64,000 nucleotides of DNA from a virus. The position numbers were made by a program, and so were the translations under genes. The stretch lies in the IMG/VR virus record IMGVR_UViG_2643221865_000002; one strand, written 5' to 3'. Position 1 is the stretch's first letter; each line of letters opens with the position of its first letter. Below the pieces are notes generated by a model. The model searched no databases. It worked only from the letters and a program-made list of their open reading frames with translations, and had not been told where the DNA came from. Of this stretch, positions 9,492 through 19,955 are shown piece by piece.

Positions 9492-10177
9492 CGGGCTGCT
9501 CCGTTCTCGGCGGCGTCGTGTCGTTGGGCGGCGAGCCAGCGGGAGTGGTTGATGGTGGTGGCGATCTCGTCGAAGTCGTCGAATAGGTTCAGGCCGCGGT
9601 GGCGGACATCCCAGAGGATGTGCACCAGGGAGGTGTGATCCTTCTCCCACGGGTCGAACGGCGGCTCGAACCCCTTCTCGGCGGCGGCCCGGTCTCCGCT
9701 GGTGGTGTTGCCTGGCTTTCCGCGTTCGGCGGTGCCGAGCTTCTTGTCGGCTTCGGCGAGACGTTCGGTGAGGTCCGCGATCTGCTGTTCCATGTCGGCG
9801 ATGCGGCGCGCCGGTGCGAGGTGGTCGGTGCCAGCTGTCGGCTGCTGTGTCTCGTCGGTGACGAGGATGGAGGCTTCGCTGTTCACGAGCTGGCTCGGTT
9901 GGATGACGTTCTTGTCGAGGAGCACCGCGAGGGTCGCCTCGGCGATCGCCGAAGCTGTGGCGGGTGAAGCGGGAACCAGTGTGCTGGCTGTGGTGGTCAG
10001 GCGGTCACGGAGCCACTCCAGAGGCTGGAAGGAGATGCGGGCGGCAGCCAGCGCATCGCCGGAGAACCAGACGGCATCGTCATCGGACGGGCGTGCCGTC
10101 ACGTGGAGGGTCTGTCGGTGGAACGCTGCGACGATCCTCATGCGGATCATCTCGTCTGATTCGGTGAGGGTGTTCAT
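9488..10177 (-). CDS. hypothetical protein, paralog of 8964..9491 (shared C-terminal domain PPF(D/N)xWExDHT(G/S)L(I/V)H(I/V)LW...SRWLAA)
   Basis: ATG 10175-10177 with ATGA overlaps at both ends. The C-terminal 60 aa align to the downstream gene. Confidence 0.55.
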   Translation of the reverse strand: MNTLTESDEMIRMRIVAAFHRQTLHVTARPSDDDAVWFSGDALAAARISFQPLEWLRDRLTTTASTLVPASPATASAIAEATLAVLLDKNVIQPSQLVNSEASILVTDETQQPTAGTDHLAPARRIADMEQQIADLTERLAEADKKLGTAERGKPGNTTSGDRAAAEKGFEPPFDPWEKDHTSLVHILWDVRHRGLNLFDDFDEIATTINHSRWLAAQRHDAAENGAAR

Positions 10178-10392
10178 GCTGCTCCGATTGTGGTTGTGCC
10201 GGTCAGGCAGTCGCGGCATACGAGGGACTGCGGGACGGTTTCGGTGTTGCTGCCGAGGAGGATGCCTCCGCCGCACTTGACGGGCTGGAAGTCCGACTCG
10301 GCCGGCCCTGCCAGCAGGTGGTAGATGTGGGCGTCCGGTTCCGGGTACTTGGGTACCCGCTCCGCGATCACGCGTCGCATGCGTTCAGCCAT
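10174..10392 (-). CDS. small Cys-containing protein (possible zinc ribbon)
   Basis: 72 aa with RBS GAAGGAG 4 nt before the ATG. A motif copy lies at 10415-10430. Confidence 0.5.
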   Translation of the reverse strand: MAERMRRVIAERVPKYPEPDAHIYHLLAGPAESDFQPVKCGGGILLGSNTETVPQSLVCRDCLTGTTTIGAA

Positions 10393-10414
10393 CGTCGACT
10401 CCTTCTTCTCGCAC

Positions 10415-10430
10415 CCTACATGCGCGGTTG
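10415..10430 (-). promoter_or_regulatory. conserved motif copy (CCGCGCATGTAGGGTG) preceded by CCGAAAC
   Basis: Upstream of 10174..10392. Confidence 0.55.
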
Positions 10431-10450
10431 AGCGAAGTTTCGGGCGACGA

Positions 10451-11056
10451 TCAGTCTGTCTTGACGGATACGTGGGTGACCAGGTCGGCGAAGGCTACGT
10501 CGAAGTTGCCGCCTGCGGCGCAGGTCAGGTCGGTGAAGAACGCGTAGCCGGACGTGGAGAACACACGGGCGCTTGTCACCCATTTGGCGCCGTCGTCAGC
10601 CGCGCCCTGCAATGACCGGATGTCGGCTTTCTCGTTCCCGTACACGTAGGTGGCGTTCTTACCGATCTGGTTCACTGTCGCTTCCGGCGCCCCGTACAGC
10701 TTCGCGAGGTACCGGTCGGTGGCCTTCTTGTCGTCGCCGTCGGTGGCGACGTCCGACGGTTTCGGGCCGGAGTGGATGGTGGCGACGCAGGACCCGTTCG
10801 AGTCCTTGTAGCTGCGCTCACCGATCCGTTCGTCTTTCAGGTCCCAGCCGGCATCCTCGAGGGTGTTCTCCAGCACCGGCTCAACCGTCTCCGGGAGCTT
10901 CTCCGCACCGGACCAGGTGAGGTCCAGCACGGTTCCTTTCGGGACTGCGGTGGCTTTCACTTCGTCTGGCATCTGCACTTGGACGCAACCGGAACAGGCG
11001 ATCGCCACGGCGGCGGCCGCAGCAGCGAAAGCCGCGATGGTCGATGGTGCGCGCAT
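10451..11056 (-). CDS. lipoprotein (hypothetical)
   Basis: Signal peptide with lipobox AIACSGC. A motif copy lies 40 nt upstream. Confidence 0.7.
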   Translation of the reverse strand: MRAPSTIAAFAAAAAAVAIACSGCVQVQMPDEVKATAVPKGTVLDLTWSGAEKLPETVEPVLENTLEDAGWDLKDERIGERSYKDSNGSCVATIHSGPKPSDVATDGDDKKATDRYLAKLYGAPEATVNQIGKNATYVYGNEKADIRSLQGAADDGAKWVTSARVFSTSGYAFFTDLTCAAGGNFDVAFADLVTHVSVKTD

Positions 11057-11094
11057 GGCGTGGTGGCCCCTGACTTGTCGGTGATCTGTCGTCA

Positions 11095-11110
11095 GGACAT
11101 GTGGCGGATC
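11095..11110 (-). promoter_or_regulatory. conserved motif copy (class 2)
   Basis: Upstream of 10451..11056. Confidence 0.5.
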
Positions 11111-11606
11111 AGCGCTTGGCGAGAGTTCCGGCGGGGAGTTTCGGGGACGGTCCAGGCCAGGTTCCCAGCTTGTCCATGCTGTTCAGCTGGTCAGGCGCGA
11201 TGAAGATGACCAGCGGGTCCGGGTCCTTGGCCGGTTCGACCCATCCTCCGTCGGCGAGAGCGTCGGCGATGTTGAAGTCACCGTCGGCTCCGGGGACGAC
11301 TGTGAGGATCAGCCCCTGGTCGGGCTTCGTGTCGTCGACGGACCATGCGAGCTTCAACAGGTACTCGGCGAACTGTTCAGGCTTCTGGACGGTGTACCCG
11401 TCTTCGATGAATGCTGTGACAGCGATGTCGTGCCCGTCACCGAATGTTTCCACGTCCACTGATGTGGATCTGAGACCGGCGATGCCTGCGAGTGCGTCGC
11501 CGGCCGCGACTGCTGTCCCGTTCGACCCGGATGGCGTACATCCCGTCAGCGCGATCAGCAGGGCTGCACCTGCAACGGCTGCCGCGATTCTGCCGGCGGA
11601 TCTCAT
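11109..11606 (-). CDS. lipoprotein (hypothetical)
   Basis: Internal ATG 11604-11606 gives MRSAGRIAAAVAGAALLIALTGC (lipobox LTGC). ATGA overlap with the upstream gene. Confidence 0.65.
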   Translation of the reverse strand: MRSAGRIAAAVAGAALLIALTGCTPSGSNGTAVAAGDALAGIAGLRSTSVDVETFGDGHDIAVTAFIEDGYTVQKPEQFAEYLLKLAWSVDDTKPDQGLILTVVPGADGDFNIADALADGGWVEPAKDPDPLVIFIAPDQLNSMDKLGTWPGPSPKLPAGTLAKR

Positions 11607-12019
11607 GCCGCCGCCTTCGAGATGCTTCGAGGGCCCCACCCGAGCCTGCTGATTTCGTCTGCTGCTGCCAGGAAGATGCTGTCTGGTGCGGCGCTGGCGC
11701 CGACCGTGGAGGTCGCCAGCAACGACGATGTGAGCGAGCCGGCCAGATCATCCCGCGCCTGCGGCGTGGTGACGATCCGGGTGGGTGACCTCCCCCAGCC
11801 TGCGGCACTGACGGCGCCGGCGATCCGGCGGAACTGGCGTCGCTCATGCTCCGGGATGTCGATCCATTCCAGTTCGCCGCCCTGGGATGAGTGCAGCTGC
11901 ACAGCGAGCTCCTCCATCTGTTCGATGGTGGGTTCGGCGATGTCTGGCGTGGCGGTGAACAGGGCGATGATCTCGTCGATCGGGTCGTCGAGGTCTGAGA
12001 GGTCGGCTACGGAAGTCAT
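11603..12019 (-). CDS. hypothetical acidic protein
   Basis: 138 aa. A motif copy ends exactly 8 nt before the ATG. Confidence 0.6.
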   Translation of the reverse strand: MTSVADLSDLDDPIDEIIALFTATPDIAEPTIEQMEELAVQLHSSQGGELEWIDIPEHERRQFRRIAGAVSAAGWGRSPTRIVTTPQARDDLAGSLTSSLLATSTVGASAAPDSIFLAAADEISRLGWGPRSISKAAA

Positions 12020-12023
12020 GAAG

Positions 12024-12040
12024 CTCTCATGTGCGGACTG
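12024..12040 (-). promoter_or_regulatory. conserved motif copy, N8 before ATG
   Basis: Upstream of 11603..12019. Confidence 0.55.
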
Positions 12041-12055
12041 ATGAGGATTCGTCTG

Positions 12056-12250
12056 TCACCGCTCGAGCGCGGTGGCGAGAGCTGCAGCGGCGATGCGTCG
12101 TCCTTCCACGCGCTGCAGGTACCGTTTCCGCTGCCAACCGCGGGGTGTGCGGAACTCCATCGTCTTCACCGCTCGGGTCAGGGCCCGGTTCGCGTTCCTG
12201 TGGGCGTTGTCGACGGCGGGGTCGCCGGTCTTCTCATCGAGAAGCTTCAT
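12056..12250 (-). CDS. small basic protein (hypothetical)
   Basis: 64 aa with a strong RBS GGAAGGAAC 9 nt before the ATG. Confidence 0.5.
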   Translation of the reverse strand: MKLLDEKTGDPAVDNAHRNANRALTRAVKTMEFRTPRGWQRKRYLQRVEGRRIAAAALATALER

Positions 12251-12351
12251 GGGTGGTCAGGTTCCTTCCGGGCGGTCCCCGGGCGGGGCGGTAAGCCTCC
12301 GCCTCGGGTCAGCAGGAACTATCGGCTGTCGCGGCCGGGGTGTCAGCGGAA

Positions 12352-15300
12352 TCAGGCAGCGGCCAGCTGCCTTTCTGCTGCGTCGTTGATCGCCGCTTCC
12401 ACGGTGGCGAGAGCCAGCTCGGCTGCGAGGAGTTCGTCCTCCTTCTCGAACACCGCTGCGGCTGCGATCTGCGCGGCGTCGGCTGCTGCGACCGTGTCGG
12501 CGGCAGCCTGGGCACGGAACCGGGCTGCGGCGTCGGCGAGGCTGTCGAGCCAGGCGGTCAGGCGCGTTTCCAGGATCGCGGCGATCTTGTCGTGGTCGCG
12601 GCGGAGTTCCGCCTTCGTGAATGTGATCGTGTGGGCTGTGCTGTACGCGCTGTACCCGACGATGACGCGCGGGTCCTCGTTCCAACGCTTCTCCGCACGG
12701 ACCCGCAAGCCACGCCATCCGGTCGCTCCGATGAAGTCGGAGAACATCTGACGGACCACCGACTGCAGACGGGCGTTGTCGGCCGTGTTGGGTGGTGTGA
12801 CAGCGGCGAGGATGTCCTCGGCGTCGTTCGCCATCCGGGTTCGCTCCCGCGCTTCACGGGTGGCGCGCTCAGCTTCCTGGCGGAGAGCGTTGACGCCTCG
12901 GAGCCAAACAGCACGGACGGTGCGGAGCCGGCGGACCTCGCCGGCGAGTTCGGCTTGGCGCATCAGTTCCGGGTTGCCGGCGGCGATCGCCGTCACTTCA
13001 GCGAAGTTCAGCACCGCTTCGGACACGTCGTCGATCTCGCGGCTGGTGGCTCCGGCGATCATCTGGGAGATGAACCGCTGCTTCCGGGTGAGCGCCTGCC
13101 AGATGTACGAGTCGAAGGACCCTTCGGTGATGTACCGGTAGATCTCCACCTGCCGGGACAGGTTCTTCGGGCGGAGGGCGCGGCCTTCACGCTGCTCGAT
13201 GTCGCTGGGGCGCCACGGAGCGTCAGCGTGGTGGAGGTAGGCGAGGCGGGTCTGGATGTTCGTTCCGACTCCGACCTTCTCGGTGGATCCGATGAGGACG
13301 GACACGGCACCTTCTCGGCACTGTGCGAACAGGTGGGCGCGGGCCTTGTCGGTGGCGGCTTCGTGGATGAAGCGGACCTTGTCGGCGGGGACGCCGCGCA
13401 TGGCGAGCATCAGCCGGAGACGGCCGTAGGACTGGTTCTCGTTCGGGCGGGGCGTTCCGAGGTCGCACAGCACCAGCTGGAACGCTCCGGTGACGGGCGA
13501 GTTGCCGAAAGTCCGGTCCTTGTCGCGGTGGTGGAGCCGGGCGACGTTGTCGGCGATCGCGGTCAGTTTCGTGGAGTCTTCGTCGAGGTTGACGAGGCGG
13601 GGGTCGAGGGCGACTTTCCGGCCGTCGTTGCAGACCATCAGCATGTTGTCGAACACACTGCCGATCTGACGCTTCACTCCGTTGCGGATGTCGTCGGAGC
13701 GTTCCGCGAGCTCGCGGACGAACGCAGCCTGGTTGTCCGACTGCAGCGAGACGATGTTCTCCCAGGTGGCGTCCGGGCGTTCCAGGCCGATCTTGTCGGC
13801 GGTGAGCAGGTCAGCGGACTCGGCGAGCATCGTGGAGAGCTCCGGGACGTTCTGCATGACGGAGGGACGGCGGTACATCCGGAACGAGGACCCGTCGGGG
13901 GTGACCTCCACACGGGTTTCGTAGCGGACGAACGTGGCAGCCCACTCATCGAACGATGCGACGCCCGCCTCTTCCAGACGGTTAGGTTGGAGGTACTTCT
14001 GCCAGACGTACGTCTCCGCGAGGGTGTTCGTCCACGGGGTGCCGGTGAACAACGCGACGATCGGCTTGCCGGGGTACCGGTTCGCGAGGGTGTCGATCTT
14101 CAGCAGCAGGTCGGTGGCGCGCTTCGATGAGCCGAGGGAGAACCCTTCAGCGCGGGTGGCGACAGCCAGACGCTTCGCGTAGTGGGCTTCGTCGTAGCTG
14201 ATGTGGTCCACGCCGAGCAGCTCGAAGGTGATCTGGTCCCGGTCGGTGACCTTGTCGCGGAGCTCAGCAACACGGTTGCCGAGCTTCCGGATCTGCGCGG
14301 CGACGTTCTTCGCGCCGGCTGCGGAGCTGTTCTTCTCCATCAGGTGCCAACGGAGGTCAGCCTGCTGTCCGGCGACCCAGTCCTCTTCCACCTGCGGGTC
14401 GACACCGATGGAGGTGAACGCCTGGTGGGTCATGACCACGGCGTCCCAATCGCCGGTGGCGCAGCGTGCAGCGAACAGACGGCGTGCGTCTTTCGCGAGG
14501 TCGTCCTTGGATGCGATCAGGAACCGGGCGGCAGGGTACGCCTGCTGCGCTTCGCGGGTGATCTGGTCCAGCAGGTGGTTGGGGACGACGATCATCGGCT
14601 TGTTGGCGAGGCCGAGGCGGCGAAGGGTGAGGGCCCCACCGATCATTGAGAGCGTCTTGCCGGAACCGACGGGGTGGCCGACGAGGACACGGTCCTGCGA
14701 CACGACACGGTCGATCGCGTCCCGCTGCCACGACCACAGCTCGATGCTGTCGTCCATGCCGGGGAACGTCAGGTAGGAACCGTCGCCGCGGCGGACGACG
14801 TGGGAGTTGAACCGACGGTTGTACTCGGCGACGATCCGGTCGGATCGTTCCTGGTCCTCCCACACCCAGGTGGCGAAGTGCTCCTGGATCTTGCGGAGCT
14901 TCTCCTCGGCGGCGAGCGTCTCCACCTGGTTCCGGATGCGCTTCGTCCCGTTGACGGTCACCTTGTCGTCGTAGACGACCGGGGACTTGCCGTTCAGGCC
15001 GCATTCCAGCAGGCGGGTCGCCTGAACGCGGGTGGTTCCGTACTCCAGGGCAGCCTGGTAGTTGACGCCGCCGTCCACTTCCCACAGCGCCGCTGCGGGG
15101 GTGTGGGTGACGGTCGCCCAGCCGTGGAACAGGTACTTCGCGAAAGCTTCGACGTCGGAGGCGGGGATCCATGTGACGCCCAGCTGGACGCGGATGTCGA
15201 ACGGGCCGAGCACGGCGGGAACGACCTCGGTGAGAGCGTCGACGTTCCTCTGGAACACCGGGTCTGTCTCCGCTGCAGTGCGGGCGGCGGCGAGCTTGTC

Positions 15301-17153
15301 GCGGACGTTGCCGGTCAGGTAGTCGCGGGCGGTGACATATGCGCCGGCGGTGGGGTCGTTGAAGATCAGGCCGGCGAGAGCGCTGACCGCTTCAGCTGCC
15401 GAGGGAAGGCCGAGCAGCTCGGCGGTGCGGTCCAGATCCACCCGGCCGGTCTCGCCGAGGGTGACAGCGAGAGCTTCCTGGGGTGTGGCTGCCGTCTCCG
15501 TCTTCACGGGGCGGTGGGTGACCCGGCGGAGCAGGATCGGGGCAGGCGCAGCCTCGCCGGTGTCCTGGTCGAACCGTTCCAGCGCGAACGCGACTGCGGC
15601 GTCCGGGTCTCGGCGGAACCCGCCCATGGTGGGACGGACCCACGTCTGGGAGAACTCGCCGGTTTCCGGGTCGACCGCTCCGATGCGGAGCTCGCCGCGG
15701 TTCAACGGTCCGAACGCAGCACGGTAGGACTCGTACAGATCAAGGGTGCGGCTGCGAGTGTCGGCGATGGCCTCGTCGGGAAGGTCGAGGTTCGCTTCCA
15801 TGCTGATGAGGTCGAGGGCAGCGTCGCGGAGGCCGATCAGGTGGGTGAGCTCCGCTGCAGCCCGTGCGACGGGGGTCGCGGCGCCGTTGATGACACGGTG
15901 CACCTTCCCGTCGATCAGGTGGAAGGAGCCCTCCTTGCGGCCGACAGGGTCGGTGAGCACCACATCGTCGAGCGGGTCGGTGATCTCCACGACCGGCTCA
16001 ACGGTGATCATCTGGCGGGCTGCGTTCCCGGCTGCGACGATGGCGGTGTCGATGTCGTCGGCGCGGACGTCCAGCGGGACCTGCGACCAGTTGGTTGCGG
16101 TCAGGGTTCCGGCGACGCAGCCGGGGTTCTCCTTCCAGAAGGAGGAGATGTCGACGCTGTGGAATCCGGTGCGGACGGTGTAGGAGTCGTCGCCCCAGAA
16201 GTCCTGGTTGTAGAGGCTGCCGCGGTTCACCTTGGCGGGCTTCCAGCCGGTGACGGTTCGGGCGCCGCCGCGGCGTCGGAGGACGATGATGTCGGCGACA
16301 ACCTTCGTGCCGGTGAACGCTCCGCTGGGGAGACGGATGGCGGTGACGAGGTCGGCGTTCTGCTGGAGGAGTTCCAGGTTGGCGGGGGTGTCGAGGACGT
16401 GGCGGCTGGTGGCGGCGATGACGTATCCGCCGGGTTTGACGGCGTCGAGGGCGCGGACCAGGAAGTAGGAGTGCAGGTTGGGTGCGTCGTAGGTGGGGTC
16501 GAAGACGCCGGTGTGGGAGAACGGGACGTTCCCGATGACGGCGTCGAACCCGCCGGCCTTGAAGACCACCTTCTCCAACGGCTTGTTGATGATCGTGGCG
16601 TCCGGGTTCAGCGCGGCGGCGATGCGTGACGCGACCGGGTCGATCTCCACACCGGTCCAGTCGACATCCCAGGAGGTCGGGATGGCGGACATGAAAGCAC
16701 CCGATCCGCAGCCGGGTTCCAGGATCCGGCCGCCGGTGAATCCGGTGGCGGCGAGGAGGGAGAAGACGGTGTCGGCGACCAACGAACCGGTGTAGAAGGA
16801 CGTGTCGACGACGGTGCGGACGACGTCCAGTTCAGCTTCGGGGACGAACACGTCGATCAGGTCGGCCACTTTCGCCCAGCCGCCTTCCGGTCGCATCGCG
16901 AGAGCCGGAGAGAGCGGGCCCCAGCCGGGCCAGGCTGACAGAGCGGCGCGCTGCTCCTCGGTCGGGTTTCCTTCCAGAGTCGACAAGGCATGGAGCGCGT
17001 CGATAGCGATCTTGGGAAGGGAGGCGCTGGTCACAAGCTGTCCGATCTGGAAGGTGGGGTTCGCAGGGTCACAGCTGCGATTTGATTCCCCTCCTACATG
17101 CGCGGACGGCCTCGGATCTGCCGAGTGTCGCGGAATCAGTTCGGAGGCGTACA
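12352..17153 (-). CDS. N6-adenine DNA methyltransferase fused to SNF2/DEAH-type helicase (about 1600 aa; mobile-element type anti-restriction methylase-helicase)
   Basis: MTase motif I LEPGCGSGAFM and motif IV-like VIGNVPFS. N-terminal NPTEEQRAALSAWPGWGPL segment is typical of this family. Helicase Walker A VGHPVGSGKTL, DEAH box ISYDEAHY, and C-terminal motif VI QREGRALR. The start is uncertain (ATG about 17153 or a later GTG); the ORF-track N-terminal 65 aa are probably not coding. Confidence 0.85.
17093..17109 (-). promoter_or_regulatory. conserved motif copy followed by AGGAGGGG
   Basis: Lies inside the ORF-track N-terminal region of the methylase-helicase gene. This suggests the true start is downstream of 17090. 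Confidence 0.45.
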
Positions 17154-17190
17154 TGTTGTACAGGACGTACACGACGATTAGGATCGAGTC

Positions 17191-17616
17191 ATGCCCAACG
17201 CCTCCCCTGTCCAGCGATATGACACGGCATCCGCCGCGCGCGCAGCCTTCAAAGACGTCCTCGACGTCGCCCAGATCGGCGCGTTGGTGACTGTCAGGCG
17301 GGAAGACTTCAGCGCCGCGGTCGTCCCTGCTCAGCAGTTCCGCGTTCACCTGGCTGGGACGGTCAATCCCGATGTGCGGGTAGCTCAGGAAGACAACGGC
17401 AGGTGGTCGGCGATCATGGACGGCCGCGGATTCGCCTCCGACGGCGCCACCCTCGACGCTGCGCTAGACGACCTCGCCGACTCGCTCCGGGAATACGAAG
17501 CCGAATGGACTCAGCACTGGGCTTCCGCGCCGAACCATCAGCAGAACTGGGCTCTGGTGCAACTGGTCGGCCTGTCCACCGATGCGCAGCTGCGGGAGTG
17601 GCTGGACCCGAGTTGA
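17191..17616 (+). CDS. hypothetical protein
   Basis: 141 aa with RBS AGGA before the ATG. Divergent from the methylase-helicase gene. Confidence 0.6.
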   Translation: MPNASPVQRYDTASAARAAFKDVLDVAQIGALVTVRREDFSAAVVPAQQFRVHLAGTVNPDVRVAQEDNGRWSAIMDGRGFASDGATLDAALDDLADSLREYEAEWTQHWASAPNHQQNWALVQLVGLSTDAQLREWLDPS

Positions 17617-17690
17617 GCCGATGGCCGGCGGCGAACCGTCAGCATCACGACACGTTCTGCGTCACAGAGAAGTGGCAGGTGGTGAACGAC

Positions 17691-18050
17691 GCCACCGGTA
17701 AGGCTGTTGGCCATCACCTCACCTACAAACTTCCTCTCGACGACGGCCGCGTCCTCCGCACAAGGATCAGCACCCCAGTCGACAAGAGCACCTACGGGGA
17801 CAGCCTCTGGTCGGCGATCCTCCGAGACCAGCTCGAGGTGACCGCTGATGTGTTCTGGGGCTGCGTGAACGATGGGACTCTTCCTGTCCGGAGCGCCCCC
17901 AAAGCGGCCCCGACGAAGGCGCTCCCCTTGGGGCTCATCCGACAGCTGCAGAAGACTGGGCTGAGCGCAGAGGACGCCGCGAAGCTGAGCGTGGAGCAGG
18001 CTGGGGTCGTCATCGCCGCGTACTGGGAAGGGGTTGCCGGTGCCGAGTAA
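17691..18050 (+). CDS. hypothetical protein (GTG start guess)
   Basis: The C-terminal 119 aa of ORF 17403..18050 are protein-like. The upstream part overlaps the previous gene and is Arg-rich junk. Confidence 0.45.
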   Translation, partial: ATGKAVGHHLTYKLPLDDGRVLRTRISTPVDKSTYGDSLWSAILRDQLEVTADVFWGCVNDGTLPVRSAPKAAPTKALPLGLIRQLQKTGLSAEDAAKLSVEQAGVVIAAYWEGVAGAE

Positions 18051-18828
18051 ATGTCTCGCTCTCGCACTCGTCTCGTTCGCTGCGCTCGGGGCATTGGTCC
18101 TGTCCGGATGCTCGGCACCTGAGAAGGCTGCCGGCGGCTGCGCGCTGACGGCAGGGAGCAACGACTGGGCATCACTGGTTCCGGAAGCCCGCCCGTACAC
18201 GGACCGGTATCTGGAGGACAACGACGTAGCCAAGGACCAGGTGTACCAGCCGGAGTTCTCATCCGGCGCGCCAGTCGAGGCTGTGCTCCAGCAGATGAGG
18301 TGCGACGTTGACGACCCGTACTTCAAAACCGCGGTGCGTGCGGCGTTCACGGAGAGTTTCGCTGACATGGACACAGGGCCCACTGCAACGGAATCAAAGG
18401 ATACGAGCGGGCAGGTGGAGGGGTGCCCGCTGATCTGGGATCCGGAAGCTGCTGTACATGAGGCTGCTGAGCCGGCGGTGCCATACGTGCAGGGGTGGTT
18501 CGAGGGTCACGGCACCGACCTGACGGCCCGGGAGCAGCAGTACCGCGACGCCGCCTGGTACGACAAGTACGGAGACGACGGAACAGCAACCAAGGAGATT
18601 GTCTCCGAGATGGGTTGCACGACACAGGAATACTCCGACCTGATCGTCGCCGAGGCGATCACGCAGGTGCTCTTCGCCGCGCAGCAGGCTGCATACGAAG
18701 CGACCAAGGCGCCGAGCTCAGGCGGTGAGGGCGGTGGCGACATCCCTGATGTGGATGTACCCGACGTGAACCCGTTCTACTGTTCCTGGTCGTTCCGGGG
18801 TGGGTTCAACTGCGGGGTGCACGGATAG
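18034..18828 (+). CDS. lipoprotein (hypothetical)
   Basis: Signal peptide ALALVSFAALGALVLSGCSAPEK (lipobox LSGC), followed by acidic and Gly-rich regions. Confidence 0.65.
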   Translation: MPVPSKCLALALVSFAALGALVLSGCSAPEKAAGGCALTAGSNDWASLVPEARPYTDRYLEDNDVAKDQVYQPEFSSGAPVEAVLQQMRCDVDDPYFKTAVRAAFTESFADMDTGPTATESKDTSGQVEGCPLIWDPEAAVHEAAEPAVPYVQGWFEGHGTDLTAREQQYRDAAWYDKYGDDGTATKEIVSEMGCTTQEYSDLIVAEAITQVLFAAQQAAYEATKAPSSGGEGGGDIPDVDVPDVNPFYCSWSFRGGFNCGVHG

Positions 18829-18849
18829 TGCGAGCGGGCTGCCGCGAGC

Positions 18850-19371
18850 TCAGTACCCGCCGAACGGGACCCGGTTCGCTTTCGCACCGTAACCGTCCGC
18901 GCTGAGGTCTTCCAACCATTCTTCGACCGTGCCGACGTACGGGAAGTCCTTCACACCGAATTGGCTGGCGGTGAAGTCGACCACCCATTCCTTGTCACCG
19001 CGGCGGCAGAGGACGGCGCAGTGCTGGGTGAACCACACCTGCGATTCGATCGGTTCGGTCTCGTCGGCGCCGAGCTCTTCCGGGGTGAACTGGTGGATGA
19101 GGGCTTGGGATACACGGAAGCAGTTGTTCCTGGCGTGGGACTTCACCTTCATCTTGGACAGCGGAAGGTGCACCGGGGTGCTCGCGTATCCGCTGGCGTT
19201 GTTCCGGTTCCTGATCATCAACGTGTCAGCGTGATCGGCAAGGAACTGCTGCGCGGCTTCCAACGGTGTGCCGGCGTCGCGGGTGAGGACCAGCTCTGCA
19301 TGGTGGGCGGCGCGGCCTTCGAACCGGCCGGTGGTGTCCGAGTGGAGGTTGCCGGTGCCGTCTGTGCTCAT
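18850..19371 (-). CDS. hypothetical protein, possible papain-like Cys/His fold
   Basis: Internal ATG 19369-19371 (MSTDGTG...). It has conserved Cys (NNCFRV) and His (TQHCAV). The upstream motif variant GCCACACACCTACAAGGC directly precedes the ATG. Confidence 0.45.
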   Translation of the reverse strand: MSTDGTGNLHSDTTGRFEGRAAHHAELVLTRDAGTPLEAAQQFLADHADTLMIRNRNNASGYASTPVHLPLSKMKVKSHARNNCFRVSQALIHQFTPEELGADETEPIESQVWFTQHCAVLCRRGDKEWVVDFTASQFGVKDFPYVGTVEEWLEDLSADGYGAKANRVPFGGY

Positions 19372-19393
19372 GCCTTGTAGGTGTGTGGCCCGG

Positions 19394-19951
19394 CTAGCGG
19401 ATGCGGCGGTCTCCGAACACCCACGGGAGAAGGGCGACGATGTTGCAGCTGTCGTCGATACCGCGGTGGGCGGTTCCTTGGAATGTGAGTTCGGCACGCC
19501 GGACGGCTCCGCCCAACCCGAGACGGCGGACACCCTGTGCGTCGGAGAACGCCTGCTTGAGGTTGATGTGAGGTTGCGGGAGCGGGTTCGGCACCCGGTG
19601 GAACTGTACGTCCTTCGTCAGCTGGTTCCGGTCGTAGTCACCCCAGGAACCCCACCATTGGACGTCATACTGCGCCACGAACTCAGCGACCGCCGCAGCC
19701 ACCTCCGGGAACGTCGGCGCTGTGTCGACCTCAGCCTGCCGGATGGTGGTCAACTCCCGGCAGAAGTCAGTCAGTACCGGGTTCCGGATCGGACGGACGA
19801 ACGAGGAGAACTCGGCCACGACGTTCAGGTCGGGGCCGACAACGATGCCGGGGAACTCGATGATCTCATTCTGCTCCCGCGGGAACTCGTTGATATTCGA
19901 GCAGGTGGCCTCGAAGTCGACGATGAGACCGTTGCCGGTCGGTGCGTGCAT
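19394..19951 (-). CDS. DEDDh 3'-5' exonuclease (KapD/ERI-1-like)
   Basis: Exo I LIVDFEATC, Exo II SWGDYDRNQL and Exo III GTAHRGIDDSCN motifs. Confidence 0.8.
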   Translation of the reverse strand: MHAPTGNGLIVDFEATCSNINEFPREQNEIIEFPGIVVGPDLNVVAEFSSFVRPIRNPVLTDFCRELTTIRQAEVDTAPTFPEVAAAVAEFVAQYDVQWWGSWGDYDRNQLTKDVQFHRVPNPLPQPHINLKQAFSDAQGVRRLGLGGAVRRAELTFQGTAHRGIDDSCNIVALLPWVFGDRRIR

Positions 19952-19955
19952 CAGT

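Noticed and set aside
12251-12351. Terminator after the methylase-helicase gene
   Set aside because: Only a short imperfect GGCGG/CCGCC stem without a U-tract, so the signal is too weak to call.
12352-17349. ORF-track N-terminal extensions (17154..17349 of the methylase gene, and the upstream parts of 560..2572, 6248..6988, 18850..19533, 24673..25587, 28681..29430, 37847..38647, 46403..47128, 52032..52628, 52424..53212)
   Set aside because: The extensions are His/Arg/Pro-rich and overlap neighbouring genes or the intergenic motif. Internal ATG/GTG starts with RBS or signal peptides give sensible proteins.
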